Assembly: GCA_029855935.1 (NCBI GenBank)
Contig: JAGSHN010000030.1
Coordinates: forward strand, 39,528 to 103,527
DNA length: 64,000 nucleotides
Direction of reading: 5' to 3'
Source: Candidatus Thorarchaeota archaeon
GTDB taxonomy: Archaea; Asgardarchaeota; Thorarchaeia; Thorarchaeales; Thorarchaeaceae
A program made the translations under genes and the position numbers. Within the stretch, counting starts at the first letter, position 1. The number at the start of each line of letters is the position of its first letter. The notes under the pieces are model-generated. The model was not told where the DNA came from. It was given only the letters and a program-made list of their open reading frames with translations, and did no database searches. This document shows positions 29,298 to 39,209 of the stretch, piece by piece.

Positions 29298-30287
29298 TCA
29301 ATCAAAGAGGTGGCACGCGACGAGGTGTCCTCCGCCGACATCACGGAGTTCCGGCTCCTCGACAGAACAGCGGTTGAAGGCCTTCGGGCAACGCGGGTGA
29401 AACCTACACCCGGCGGGCGGATTGATTGGACTCGGAATCTCGCCCCTTGGGATTGCCGCCAGCATCTTCGCTCGCGGGTCGGGAATTGGGATGGCACTCA
29501 TCAGGCCGACTGTATAGGGATGCATGGCCTCCTCGTAGATGGTCTTGCTGCTGGCCAGCTCCACTATCTTTCCGAGGTACATCACTGCAATCCTGTCGCA
29601 GACGTGCCGTGCCGTCGCAAGGTCGTGCGAGATGAACAGGTACGTCAGGTTATACTCTCTCTTCAGGTCCATCATCAGTTCGAGAATCTGGGCCTTGATC
29701 GAGACGTCGACCATGGCAACGGGCTCGTCTGTGATGACGAACTCCGGGTTCAGAATGATGGCGCGCCCGAAGACCACACGTTGCTTCTGTCCGCCGCTCA
29801 ACTGGTGCGGGAGCCTGTCGTAGAAGGTCTCAGCGGGCGAGAGTCCCACCCTCTCAAGTATCTCCATTGCTCGCTCCTTTCGCTCGGCGGGCGTACCAAT
29901 TCCCTGCAGCCGCAGGGCATCGGCAATCGCGTCGCCTATCGTCATCCGCGGGTTGAGCGAGGATGTCGGATCCTGAAATGTGAACTGTATCCGCCTGCGC
30001 ATCTGCCTGAGCTCATTGCCCTTCAGCTCGGCAAGGTCCACGCCATCGAATAGAATAGACCCGTCGGTCGGCTTGATCAGCACGGCACACAGGCGTCCCG
30101 TGGTCGTCTTTCCAGAGCCGCTCTCGCCAGCCAGGCCGAGGACCTCTCCTCGATGAATGTCAAACGAGATGTCGTCGACGGCCTTCACAAATGTCTTCTC
30201 TCCCGCAAAGAGGGACTCAAGGAATCCCTTCTGGACAGGAAAGTACTTCTTCAGATGCTCCACGCGTACAAGAGGTTCTTTAGCCAT
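29298..30287 (-). CDS. oppF: Oligopeptide/dipeptide ABC ATPase (OppF/DppF)
   Basis: GESGSGKTT, FQDP, LSGGQKQR, HPYT, GCRFHPRC, VACH. Confidence 0.93.
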   Translation of the reverse strand: MAKEPLVRVEHLKKYFPVQKGFLESLFAGEKTFVKAVDDISFDIHRGEVLGLAGESGSGKTTTGRLCAVLIKPTDGSILFDGVDLAELKGNELRQMRRRIQFTFQDPTSSLNPRMTIGDAIADALRLQGIGTPAERKERAMEILERVGLSPAETFYDRLPHQLSGGQKQRVVFGRAIILNPEFVITDEPVAMVDVSIKAQILELMMDLKREYNLTYLFISHDLATARHVCDRIAVMYLGKIVELASSKTIYEEAMHPYTVGLMSAIPIPDPRAKMLAAIPRGEIPSPINPPAGCRFHPRCPKAFNRCSVEEPELRDVGGGHLVACHLFD

Positions 30288-30300
30288 TCACTCGACCCTC

Positions 30301-31314
30301 CTATGAGTACAGGTGACACGCCACAATCCCGCCACTGGGACTCTTTGTCAGCATCGGCTGCTCGGTCCGGCAGCGCTCTGTGGCCTGCGGACAGCGCGGA
30401 TGATACATACAGCCGGGGAGCGGCTCCGTTAGATCTGGCGGAGCACCCGGTATCCACGCCAGCTTCTTGTCAGGCTTTCTCACGTCAGGCACGGCCTGCA
30501 GCAGGGCCTGAGAATACGGATGCTGAGGATTCTCGAACAGTGTCTCGGTGTCGGCAAGCTCCATCAGTCGACCGGCATAGATGATGGCGATATTGTCCGC
30601 GTGCTGTGCGAGAACGCCAAGGTTGTGAGTGATCAGTATCATTGTCAGATTGAACTTCTCCTTCAGCTTGGCAATCTCGTCTAGGATCTGGGCCTCGACT
30701 ATGACATCAAGTGACGTCGTTGGCTCATCAGCAATGAGCAACCGCGGCTTGAGAGCCAGGCCGAGCCCGATCATCACACGCTGGCGCATACCGCCACTGA
30801 ACTGGTGGGGATAGTCCGTCATCCGCTCGGGAAGGATACCCAGGCTGCCGAGGATCTCCGCAGCACGCTCGGTCGCCTCCTCCTCAGTCGTCTCTGGACT
30901 GTGCTCCCTGATGATCTCTACGAAGTGGTCCTTGATACTCATCATCGGGTTGAGCGAGGTCATTGGGTCCTGAAAGATGTAGGCTACCTGCTCGCCGCGG
31001 AGACGTCGCATTGCCTCCTCAGGGAGCTTGAGCAGGTCCGTCGGGCCCGGCTCAACCGCCTGACCATCATACTCGATCCTCTTTCCGACATCGAAGACTA
31101 TCTCGCCCTCAACTATCTTGCCCGGATAGGGGACAAGCCGGATGATGGACCGACCGAGGGTCGACTTGCCGCAGCCAGACTCGCCAGCCAGACCGAGTGT
31201 GGTGTTCTCTTCGACGTCCAGTGACACTCTGTCGACAGCACGTGCGACACCGCGGCGGGTCCGATACTCCACGATGAGATCTCTGATACTGAGTAGGTCT
31301 GACATCTCTCTCAC
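30301..31314 (-). CDS. oppD: Oligopeptide/dipeptide ABC ATPase (OppD/DppD)
   Basis: [34 protein letters not shown]. Confidence 0.93.
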   Translation of the reverse strand: MREMSDLLSIRDLIVEYRTRRGVARAVDRVSLDVEENTTLGLAGESGCGKSTLGRSIIRLVPYPGKIVEGEIVFDVGKRIEYDGQAVEPGPTDLLKLPEEAMRRLRGEQVAYIFQDPMTSLNPMMSIKDHFVEIIREHSPETTEEEATERAAEILGSLGILPERMTDYPHQFSGGMRQRVMIGLGLALKPRLLIADEPTTSLDVIVEAQILDEIAKLKEKFNLTMILITHNLGVLAQHADNIAIIYAGRLMELADTETLFENPQHPYSQALLQAVPDVRKPDKKLAWIPGAPPDLTEPLPGCMYHPRCPQATERCRTEQPMLTKSPSGGIVACHLYS

Positions 31315-31315
31315 C

Positions 31316-32629
31316 TCACTCCGTCAGTTTGGGCATCAGTATCTCGTTCAGCCCCTCTCCGGCAAGGGTGAATCCCAGCGCAAGCAGGACGATCATTATT
31401 CCCGGGAACGTGATGACCCACCACGCTCCGAACTGCAGCTGCATCCGGCCGAAGGTGAGGTCCCAGCCCCAATCCGGAACGTCAATTGGCAGGCCCAGAC
31501 CGATGAATGTCAGCCCCGCAGCCGTGAGAACAGCGTCCGCAAAGTTGATCGACATGACGACAACTGCAGACGGGAGCACGTTCGGCAGGACGTACCTCAG
31601 CAGGATGTCCCTGTCCCTTGCACCCATTACGATGGCAGCCTCAACATAGGGCAGCTCCTTCACAGAGAGGACCTGACTTCTGATGACTCTGAAGTACGAG
31701 GGTATGTACACGACGGCAATCGCCAGCGCCATGTTCACGACGCCCGGCCTCAGCATGGCAGCGATTGCGATCGCCAGCACGAGGCCAGGAAAGGCGAAGA
31801 TGCTATCCATAATGAGGGAGGCTACTCTGTCAGCGATGCCACCCCGGTAGGATGCAATGAGACCGATGGTGACGCCCGTGGAGAAGCACACCGCGACCGA
31901 CAGGACTGCCACCTGCAGCATCACTGCACCACCCGCGATCGTCCGGCTGAGCATGTCCTGTCCCAGCTGGGTAGTGCCCAGTGGAAAGTGCTCGGTCGGC
32001 GGGGAGAGCAGTGGGCCAACGTTCAGTGTGAACGGGTCGTACGGCACGATATAGAGCGAGATGCCGGTCATGTACGTGATGGCGAAGACTATCACCAGAC
32101 CCGCCGCCGTGATCAGTCCGGGCGTGCCACGGTCGGCCAGCTGAGGATAGAGGTCGAAGGCCAGAATGAACAATGCGGCCAGCATCACGTTACCAACGGT
32201 CAGAGAGACGGGCAGCGTTGCTCCCTCCTGCGGGACAAGCAGGTATGCCAGCGCTGCTGCGGCACCACAGAATGCCCCTGACAGGCCCACAAAGAACAGT
32301 CGTCCCCTTGTTCGTGACAGAAGCCCTGAGCTAACGAGATGCTTCTGCAGCACTCGCGCCGCGCTGATGGCGATGGCCACAAGAAATGTGGTGGCGACAA
32401 CAGGGACTCCGATCCCTCTGTGGGAGCGAAGTGCGAGGAGTATCAGGTCGGCGACCAGGTCTATGGCAAGGCCCGCTACAATGAGCAGTGCGATCTTGCC
32501 CTTCAGCGAGAGCTCCCCCATTGACTTGGTGGTGCGTCGCAGTCGGAGTACAATGCCGCTCACAATTGTCTCGTGGTGCCGGGCCTTCTCGGGCGCCGTT
32601 GATTCCTTGACAGTAGGTTCTTCACTCAT
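31316..32629 (-). CDS. oppC: Peptide ABC permease (OppC/DppC) with extra N-terminal TM domain
   Basis: HFPLGT..LGQD, YVEAA...GA, LPN, L.FIGLG, DWG, WW..TFPG. Confidence 0.9.
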   Translation of the reverse strand: MSEEPTVKESTAPEKARHHETIVSGIVLRLRRTTKSMGELSLKGKIALLIVAGLAIDLVADLILLALRSHRGIGVPVVATTFLVAIAISAARVLQKHLVSSGLLSRTRGRLFFVGLSGAFCGAAAALAYLLVPQEGATLPVSLTVGNVMLAALFILAFDLYPQLADRGTPGLITAAGLVIVFAITYMTGISLYIVPYDPFTLNVGPLLSPPTEHFPLGTTQLGQDMLSRTIAGGAVMLQVAVLSVAVCFSTGVTIGLIASYRGGIADRVASLIMDSIFAFPGLVLAIAIAAMLRPGVVNMALAIAVVYIPSYFRVIRSQVLSVKELPYVEAAIVMGARDRDILLRYVLPNVLPSAVVVMSINFADAVLTAAGLTFIGLGLPIDVPDWGWDLTFGRMQLQFGAWWVITFPGIMIVLLALGFTLAGEGLNEILMPKLTE

Positions 32630-32640
32630 CTGGTCACCTC

Positions 32641-33654
32641 CTACAGCCTGATTCTCGGGTCGAGGTACGCGTACAGAATGTCGACCAGCAGTGTGACGAG
32701 CATCACAAGCAGCCCGAAGAAGACGACAGTCCCCTGTATCGCGGTGTAGTCACGTCTGCTGATACGGTCCACAAGGTATGTTCCAAGACCGTCCCAGTTG
32801 AACGTCGTCTCTGTGAGGACGGCCCCCGCCAGCAACGCTGCGAATTGCAGTCCTATCATGGTGAGGATGGGGAGAAACGCGTTCTTCAGAGCGTACCTAT
32901 ATGTTATTGTCGAGTCCGCAAGACCACGCGCCTGCGCTGCGACAACAAAGTCCTGTCTCAGAGTCTCAAGCATATTGGTGCGGGTGAGTCTGATGAATAT
33001 TCCACACAGGACCGTCCCGAGCGTCACAGCCGGGAGTATCAGATGCAGCGCGGCATCGACGAACGCACGGATGTTGCCTGAGAGCAGTGCGTCGACTGTC
33101 ATCATTCCCGTGACGCGGTCTATCTCAACCTGATAGCGCGGGTCAATCTGACCCCCGGTGGGCAGCCATCGCAGGTATATTCCGAAGACTAGCTGGAGTA
33201 TCATCCCAAGGAAGAACACAGGGATCGCATACGTGACAATGCCAAATATCCTGATGACGTTGTCCTCGAAGGTGTTGTAGTTCTTCGCACTCCTTATGCC
33301 GAGGAACACCCCCAGAATGACGGCAAAGAGCATAGCCCAGATTGTGAGCTCAAGTGTCGCTGGGAATCGAGATAGAATCTGGGCCGTGACTGGCTGGAAG
33401 TCCTGCATTGACAGGCCAAAGTCACCGTGAAACACGCCGATGAGATAGTCGACGTACTGCTGCCAGAGCGGCTTGTCGAGTCCAAGTCTGGCCTTAAAAG
33501 CTGCCAGCACCTCTGGATTGACACCCTTCTCAAAGTGTAGCAGGGCTGGATCACCCGGCATGACTCTGAGAATCAGAAATACGAGTGTCAATAGGAACAT
33601 CAACATCGGTATCATAAGGATGATTCTGCTGACTATGTATGAACGTAGTGTCAT
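32641..33654 (-). CDS. oppB: Peptide ABC permease (OppB/DppB)
   Basis: PGDP, GLDKP..QY, GDFG.S, PATLEL, ARGL, RDY..IQG, DPRIR. Confidence 0.92.
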   Translation of the reverse strand: MTLRSYIVSRIILMIPMLMFLLTLVFLILRVMPGDPALLHFEKGVNPEVLAAFKARLGLDKPLWQQYVDYLIGVFHGDFGLSMQDFQPVTAQILSRFPATLELTIWAMLFAVILGVFLGIRSAKNYNTFEDNVIRIFGIVTYAIPVFFLGMILQLVFGIYLRWLPTGGQIDPRYQVEIDRVTGMMTVDALLSGNIRAFVDAALHLILPAVTLGTVLCGIFIRLTRTNMLETLRQDFVVAAQARGLADSTITYRYALKNAFLPILTMIGLQFAALLAGAVLTETTFNWDGLGTYLVDRISRRDYTAIQGTVVFFGLLVMLVTLLVDILYAYLDPRIRL

Positions 33655-33683
33655 CTGTCACAAAGGCCCCCTGTCAGAAAGAA

Positions 33684-33755
33684 TAAAGGGGTTGGGAGAA
33701 GCCCCGTGAAAATCCTCCTGATGAAGGTTCCGGCTTCTCCAATGAACCCCACTTT
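33684..33755 (-). terminator. Intercistronic hairpin between oppA and oppB
   Basis: AAAGGGGTTGGGAGAAGCC...GGCTTCTCCAATGAACCCCACTTT inverted repeat with a pyrimidine-rich tail on the minus strand. Confidence 0.55.
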
Positions 33756-33770
33756 GGACTCTTGCCTACT

Positions 33771-35435
33771 TCACGGCCCAGTTGTGGCTGGCTCACCCAT
33801 ATAGAGCAGCCAGTGCCTCCAGTTCACGGTGATGTCAAGGACAATGCCGTGGACTGTCAGCTTCGAGACTGCCACAGTGTTGCTCTGCCACAGGGGTATG
33901 ACAGAACACTCCTGTGCCTGAAGGTCCTGAAGCTGAGCGTACAGAGACTCGCGCTGGGTGGGATCCGCAGTGCTCCTGGCCTGCAGCCAGAGGCTGTGCT
34001 GCTGCACTCCACCAGCCGGGTACGTTTCGTTGTAGCCCATGTTGAGCCACGAGGCGAACGGCAGGAACGCGTAGTTGTCGGCATCAATGTAGTCTGGATA
34101 CCATCCGTAGATGTACAGCTGCAATGTGCCGGCGTTTCGCTGTGCCCTGTAGGTCGCCCAGTCGAGACCCTGCAGGTCGATGGAGATCACACCAGAGGCC
34201 TCAAGGTCGCTCTTGTACACAGCAGCCTGTTCGGCTGACTGCGGGTAGTGACCAGAGGACTCGTAGAACAGGGTGAGATGTAGTTTGTTGTTCTCGTCGT
34301 AGCCGTACTTGGCCAGCACTTGGCGGGTGTAGGTGTAGTTGGCATCGCCCCAGATGGTGAAGCTTGGCTTGTGGAAGGCCATGCCCTCTGGGATTATGCT
34401 GTACAGCGGTCGGGCAAAGCCGTGGAACACCGTCTCGCAGACGTGGCTGCGGTTCAGTGCTGCAGCGATTGCCTGACGGACATCAGTGTTATTGAGCGGA
34501 GCCATGCGCTGGTTGAAGCACAGGTACTGAATCTGGGCACCAATGCCCTCCCAGACACGCACGTTGGGGTCTTCCTTGAAGGCCTCAACCTGAGTGGCCG
34601 TCAGCTGCCTGTACGCGATGTCAATCTCGCCCGAGCTCATTGCCTGTGCCAGAGAAGTGGAGTCGGAGTACATCTTGATGATGATCCTCTCGGTCTTCGG
34701 CAGTCCAGCAGCCGCGTTCCAGTAGTACGGGTTGGCCCTCAGAACGATCTGAGTGTCCTTGCCGCCGACCCGCTCCCATGACTCGAGGGTGTACGGACCG
34801 AGGCCAAGCGGATGGCTGGCACGGGCGTCGCCCTCTGTGTATGTCACAAGCTCGTCCATGGGAGCGTACTGAGGATCGACCATGTAGGATGCAGCACACG
34901 CCATCAGCTGCAGGAACGGTGAGAACGGGATCTTCAGGTAGAACCGGACCTCGTATTCTCCGAGGACCGTGACGTTGTCGATTATTGTGTCGTAGCCGAT
35001 GTTCAGCTGCGGACCGTCCGGTTCGAACAGTCCGTTGCCTGTCAGGTTGCAGTTTCTGTCAAAGGTGTACTTGACAACGCTGGCATTGAACGGTCTCACT
35101 CCATCAAAGGTCACTCCTTGTCGGAGGTCGAAGTCCCATATGAGACCGTCGTCGCTCACAGTCCAGCTCTCAGCGAGAGCCGGCTGGATGTCGTTAGGAC
35201 CGGCACTTGATCCCGGTTTGATCTCTACCAGTCCTGAGCTAAGGGCCGTGATTATCTCCCAACCGAAGTAGTCGTAGGCCTGAGCATTATCGAGGCTCGA
35301 CTCCACCGAGTCAGTCGTCCCCATGACGATGACGTTGGGAGTCGCCGGTGGCGCACTCAACAGATACCATGCGCCAACACCACCAACGACAATGATGACC
35401 ACGACAACAATGGCCAGGACCTTGGTGCTTGGCAA
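33771..35435 (-). CDS. oppA: Peptide ABC substrate-binding protein (family 5)
   Basis: N-terminal TM anchor, PALAESW..S.DG..W.F.LR.GV.F, G.GPY, VRQAIA.A.NR, GW.PDY.D; TTG start 35435 after GGAGG. Confidence 0.9.
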   Translation of the reverse strand: MPSTKVLAIVVVVIIVVGGVGAWYLLSAPPATPNVIVMGTTDSVESSLDNAQAYDYFGWEIITALSSGLVEIKPGSSAGPNDIQPALAESWTVSDDGLIWDFDLRQGVTFDGVRPFNASVVKYTFDRNCNLTGNGLFEPDGPQLNIGYDTIIDNVTVLGEYEVRFYLKIPFSPFLQLMACAASYMVDPQYAPMDELVTYTEGDARASHPLGLGPYTLESWERVGGKDTQIVLRANPYYWNAAAGLPKTERIIIKMYSDSTSLAQAMSSGEIDIAYRQLTATQVEAFKEDPNVRVWEGIGAQIQYLCFNQRMAPLNNTDVRQAIAAALNRSHVCETVFHGFARPLYSIIPEGMAFHKPSFTIWGDANYTYTRQVLAKYGYDENNKLHLTLFYESSGHYPQSAEQAAVYKSDLEASGVISIDLQGLDWATYRAQRNAGTLQLYIYGWYPDYIDADNYAFLPFASWLNMGYNETYPAGGVQQHSLWLQARSTADPTQRESLYAQLQDLQAQECSVIPLWQSNTVAVSKLTVHGIVLDITVNWRHWLLYMGEPATTGP

Positions 35436-35721
35436 ATTCCTTTCCTCCACGCTTTTTCCGCATCGCAAACGTGCGGTGCTGCGTTTCCGTTCGTACGTTC
35501 GCGTATTTAAGTTCACCCAGAGCAGTAACTAGAAGCGCCATTCGCCATACATATGTTGACGCTCACCCCAGAGGCCTATGAAGGGCGATGCGCACGGGCC
35601 TCAACAGAGATTTCTCAGGCCGCAGGTCCGGGAGACACGTGGTCACACATTGCAATACCAGTCACAATCAGGGGGGGTGTTGTGGGGGCGTCCCAGGGTG
35701 GGCGCACGCCCCCACCTCTTC

Positions 35722-37950
35722 CTATCTGCTCCATCGGTCGGTGGTGGCGAGGACCGACAGGGCAGAACCGGACACAGTCGACAAGAAGCCTGACGTCCAG
35801 TCTGGCATTGAGGGCGCCTCACCGCTGTCGAGCATCTGCTGCCACTGTTCGTCGGTGAGTCTGTCGCTCATCGGCTGGGTGAACTCATAGTAGGAGAATG
35901 TGCCACCACGGGTCAGTACGATGGCACCGTCAATGTATACTGCGACGTAGATCATCATCGGATCACCCACCGCCTCTTCCAGAACCCGTCCGGAGTTGGG
36001 GTCTGTATGGACGTCAGCCACGAGTGCCATCCTCTTGTCAGCATAGTTCGTGAGCTCGTCATCAGCCGGTATCGACGAGATTGAATCGAGCGTGCCACCC
36101 ACATGTCTGAGGAGGTCCTTCTCCGTGGAATTGAGCGGCTCGCCCTGCAGCTCCTTGATGGAGATTGCTCTGAGGCCAAGAAGCAGATCCTCAAGCGTGC
36201 TGAGCTTGGACAGCAAGTCCTCCCTGACAAGACCACGTGACCCAATGCCCGAGAGCATCATCCCGCACAGGGAGGCGAGGCGCCCGTACAGCGCAGGAAC
36301 GGGCTCCACATAGCCCGGATAGGGGTTCGTGGGCGGCATTGATGTCCGGAAGGTGTACGACTGTTTGGCGTACAGTATGGTGTCGTGCCTGAGCTCGGTC
36401 CACGAGGCAAGCGCCGTCATCAGCTGCTTATCGACCCAGGCCTGGCTCTGCATGAACGTCGGATGTCGGTCGGTGGGCGGGTTGAGCAGCGGCAGCAGGC
36501 TGTAGAGCCACAGATAGTAGAGGTTGGATGTCCAGGTCTCCGGAGGAAGCGAGTTGATCTGCTCCCGGAGCCGGGCCATCTGATTCACATAGCCAGGATA
36601 GTCCTTCTCACTCTCAAGTAGGTCCCACGCGCGCTCGCTGCCCAGCGCCGCCATCACATCGAGACCCTTGGGCATGAACCGACCCTGAACGTGGACGTAG
36701 ACCAGCTGGCCGAGGATGTAGCTGTCCGGAACGTAGCGCTGCGACATGAATCTGAGGCCCTTCGTGTGCGAGATGTCCTCAGTGTCCATCAGAAGACTCG
36801 ACATTATCTGCGGGTCACGGAGGGTGTCCGCCTGCTGGATGAACTCAGTGAGCAGAGTGTCATTGTTGAGGTCGGCAAGTGAGGGATCGAGACCGTAGAT
36901 CCGTTCCACCAGTGTCAGATACTCCCGCGGCGTGAGATCGTCAGCATCGCCCACAAAGAACGCTGTTGGGATGTAGATTGCATCCCATGCGTCATAGCCC
37001 GTCACGCCAACACCAAGTCCGGGAACATTCCCCTCAAGGGCGAGGGTGATGAGAATGGCCTGTGCCGTCTCGTTCATCCCCTTGTCGTTGTTCCCGACGG
37101 GGCCATTGGGCATTAGTCTGAAGGCCACCCGGCCGTACCACATCATCGCAAGGAAGTAATGCGAGAGCGTCTCACTCCGTGTGTAGTGGCCTCGTGGAAT
37201 GAACTGGCTGAAGTCCTCAAGATAGCCCATGAACCAGTCATCGGTGGCGCCCGCGTGCTCGTTGATGAGAGCAAGCACCTTGTCAACCTCGGCCTGAACA
37301 GAGGGGGTGAGTGTCACATCCTGGCCGAGAAGACTGGCTGCAACAGCAAAGAACATCACGTTCCTCTCTGCGGCGTCGCGCCAGCGTCCTGCGGGCGCCT
37401 GCTGATACTGTGTCTCAGAGGCGTCCAACATCATCATAGTCAGGTTGCCGAGAATGTCCCAGAAGGAGTAGACCTCGGCCTCCCGGAGAGCGTAGTCGTA
37501 CAGGACGTGAAAGGCGTGCAGCACGGCGTCGGAGGTCACGAACGAGGGAAGCCCCTCCTCCTCGTTGGCCACAAGTATCTCGTAGATCTGGTCGTAGGCG
37601 TTCTGAGGGACAACCACGAAGCCGTTCTGCTCGATCCTCGACCGCTGCTCTGGGGTCAGCTGCGAGAATCTGTCGAGGTTTATGACGTTGGCAAGACCAG
37701 GCGACAGAATATACTGGGGCGCGTTGGCCGTGAAGTTCTCGTCGTAGGGCACAAAGTCGGCAAAGGCGTGGTGTACCGTCGAGTCGACGTATATGCCGAG
37801 GCTGAATGTGATCGGACTACCTCTTGGGCCCGAGAACAGCCACGACACGAGCCCTACGCCCGTGAGGAGTCCTGCGGCAAGAAGGACTCCCAGCGTGCCG
37901 GTCGCGACCATCTTCTTCTTCGTGGTCGCATCAAGAGCGTTGAGTCTCAT
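35722..37950 (-). CDS. DUF3160 family membrane-anchored protein
   Basis: NGFVV, FVTSD..LH..H, PRGHYT...L..YF.AMMWYGR, ASWTELRHDTILYAKQSY, GYVEP, ADVHT, LTDE.W. Confidence 0.8.
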   Translation of the reverse strand: MRLNALDATTKKKMVATGTLGVLLAAGLLTGVGLVSWLFSGPRGSPITFSLGIYVDSTVHHAFADFVPYDENFTANAPQYILSPGLANVINLDRFSQLTPEQRSRIEQNGFVVVPQNAYDQIYEILVANEEEGLPSFVTSDAVLHAFHVLYDYALREAEVYSFWDILGNLTMMMLDASETQYQQAPAGRWRDAAERNVMFFAVAASLLGQDVTLTPSVQAEVDKVLALINEHAGATDDWFMGYLEDFSQFIPRGHYTRSETLSHYFLAMMWYGRVAFRLMPNGPVGNNDKGMNETAQAILITLALEGNVPGLGVGVTGYDAWDAIYIPTAFFVGDADDLTPREYLTLVERIYGLDPSLADLNNDTLLTEFIQQADTLRDPQIMSSLLMDTEDISHTKGLRFMSQRYVPDSYILGQLVYVHVQGRFMPKGLDVMAALGSERAWDLLESEKDYPGYVNQMARLREQINSLPPETWTSNLYYLWLYSLLPLLNPPTDRHPTFMQSQAWVDKQLMTALASWTELRHDTILYAKQSYTFRTSMPPTNPYPGYVEPVPALYGRLASLCGMMLSGIGSRGLVREDLLSKLSTLEDLLLGLRAISIKELQGEPLNSTEKDLLRHVGGTLDSISSIPADDELTNYADKRMALVADVHTDPNSGRVLEEAVGDPMMIYVAVYIDGAIVLTRGGTFSYYEFTQPMSDRLTDEQWQQMLDSGEAPSMPDWTSGFLSTVSGSALSVLATTDRWSR

Positions 37951-38122
37951 ACCCGAACACGGATGCCCGAGTGAACTTAATACCACGGTCTAGAACAGCA
38001 CGTGTCTCGTGTGTCCAGAGTTTAGAACAGATAGAATGATGTCGAAGCGTATCTGTTGGCCCCTCAGTCCGTGCCGTTGCTGGCGAGGGGGCGTCCCAGA
38101 GCCGAAGGATTAATGGCCACTG

Positions 38123-38590
38123 ATGCCCCCTCTGGTTGCAAGAATGCCAGATGATCACATCGACTACGAGCCGAGCCTGAGGGGAACCACTCTCAGGGTC
38201 TACTGGTTCATGCTTCAGAAGGGCGGCCCAGCAGGGGTGAGAGAGGTACAACGTGCTCTCGGCCTGTCAAGTCCGTCGGTCGCGAGTCATCACCTGACAA
38301 AGCTCGAACGACTTGAGCTTGTGAGCAAGAACTCGAACAACGAATACGAGCTGACCAGGGTGGTGAAGGTAGGAGTTCTCCGGGAGTTCATCCGCTTTCG
38401 GGGAATCGTCCTGCCGAGATACTTCTTTCTCGCGGTGTTCTTCACAGTCTTTCTCGTCGTCTATCTGATAGTGACGTGGGGCAGCTATCCCACCTACTTC
38501 GACAGAGCCGCTGTTGTTGTCCTCGGTGTGGCGGGTGCCGTCCTCACGTGGTTTGAGACCTATAGACTGCTTCGTCTGAAGTTTGCGTGA
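38123..38590 (+). CDS. Winged-HTH protein with two C-terminal TM helices
   Basis: LRGTTLRVY.....GVREVQRALGLSSPSVA.HHL.KL followed by two hydrophobic helices. Confidence 0.75.
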   Translation: MPPLVARMPDDHIDYEPSLRGTTLRVYWFMLQKGGPAGVREVQRALGLSSPSVASHHLTKLERLELVSKNSNNEYELTRVVKVGVLREFIRFRGIVLPRYFFLAVFFTVFLVVYLIVTWGSYPTYFDRAAVVVLGVAGAVLTWFETYRLLRLKFA

Positions 38591-38694
38591 CCCAAAAGTA
38601 GTTGTGCCAGCCCCTGCCCGTCCTGTTGGTGAATGCGAGAACAAAGTGGGCATCCTGCCCACGCTATGACAGGCTAGATGGTCACCATCTCTGG

Positions 38695-38895
38695 TCACGC
38701 CTCCAGTGACTCGGCAAACGATCTTGGCGTGTACTCGAGAGCCTCTCTGCGCGCCTGAAGCTCCTCCCGCACTCTCTTCGTGACCCTGAACTCCTTCACA
38801 ATGTTCTGGACTATCTCACGCGCTGAGAGGTCGCCCCTCGTGAAGCCTATGGCCCCTGAGATGCAGAGGTTGGCGCACGTCTTGCAACCGATAAT
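38695..38895 (-). pseudogene. 5'-truncated ferredoxin remnant
   Basis: Frame reads IIGCKTCANLCISGAIGF...LEA*; the first cluster Cys is missing, and no ATG/GTG/TTG lies between the upstream in-frame TAG and the motif. Confidence 0.55.
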
Positions 38896-38982
38896 CAGAA
38901 CAAGGTGAGCGGGTGTATCAACAGAACAGTACTACGACTGCTCAGAGATTGGGAAACAAAGTCGTGAGGAAGGAGGGCAATT

Positions 38983-39053
38983 GGCAACCCTTGCGGGGTC
39001 GTCCGGCGTGGTCCCAACGGTTTGCGACCGGCCCTCATCCGCCGCCAGTCACC
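38983..39053 (-). promoter_or_regulatory. Candidate eukaryote-like SECIS element
   Basis: Minus strand: GGTGAC..GCGG-ATGA-GGGCCGGTCGC-AAA-CCGTTGGGACCACGCCG-GA-C..CCGC..GTTGCC, i.e. ATGA-N11-AA-N18-GA with pairable arms (folded by eye). Confidence 0.6.
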
Positions 39054-39187
39054 AGCTCCTTCCTTGCCAACTCGCGGCCCTCTTCGTCGACCACGACGAG
39101 ATGAGCGCCGCATGATAGTCAGCAGTCATAACAGCGGACTACCATCTCAATGAGATTCAGTAGTCCCTCTGGGATCTCTTCGCTCAT
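39035..39187 (-). CDS. vhuU: VhuU-like selenocysteine-containing hydrogenase C-terminal peptide (50 aa; UGA at 39119-39121)
   Basis: MSEEIPEGLLNLIEMVVRCYDC-U-LSCGAHLVVVDEEGRELARKELVTGGG*; supplies the L2 motif missing from the upstream MvhA; absent from the ORF track. Confidence 0.88.
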
Positions 39188-39209
39188 TTCTCAGTCCTCA
39201 CATCCTGTG

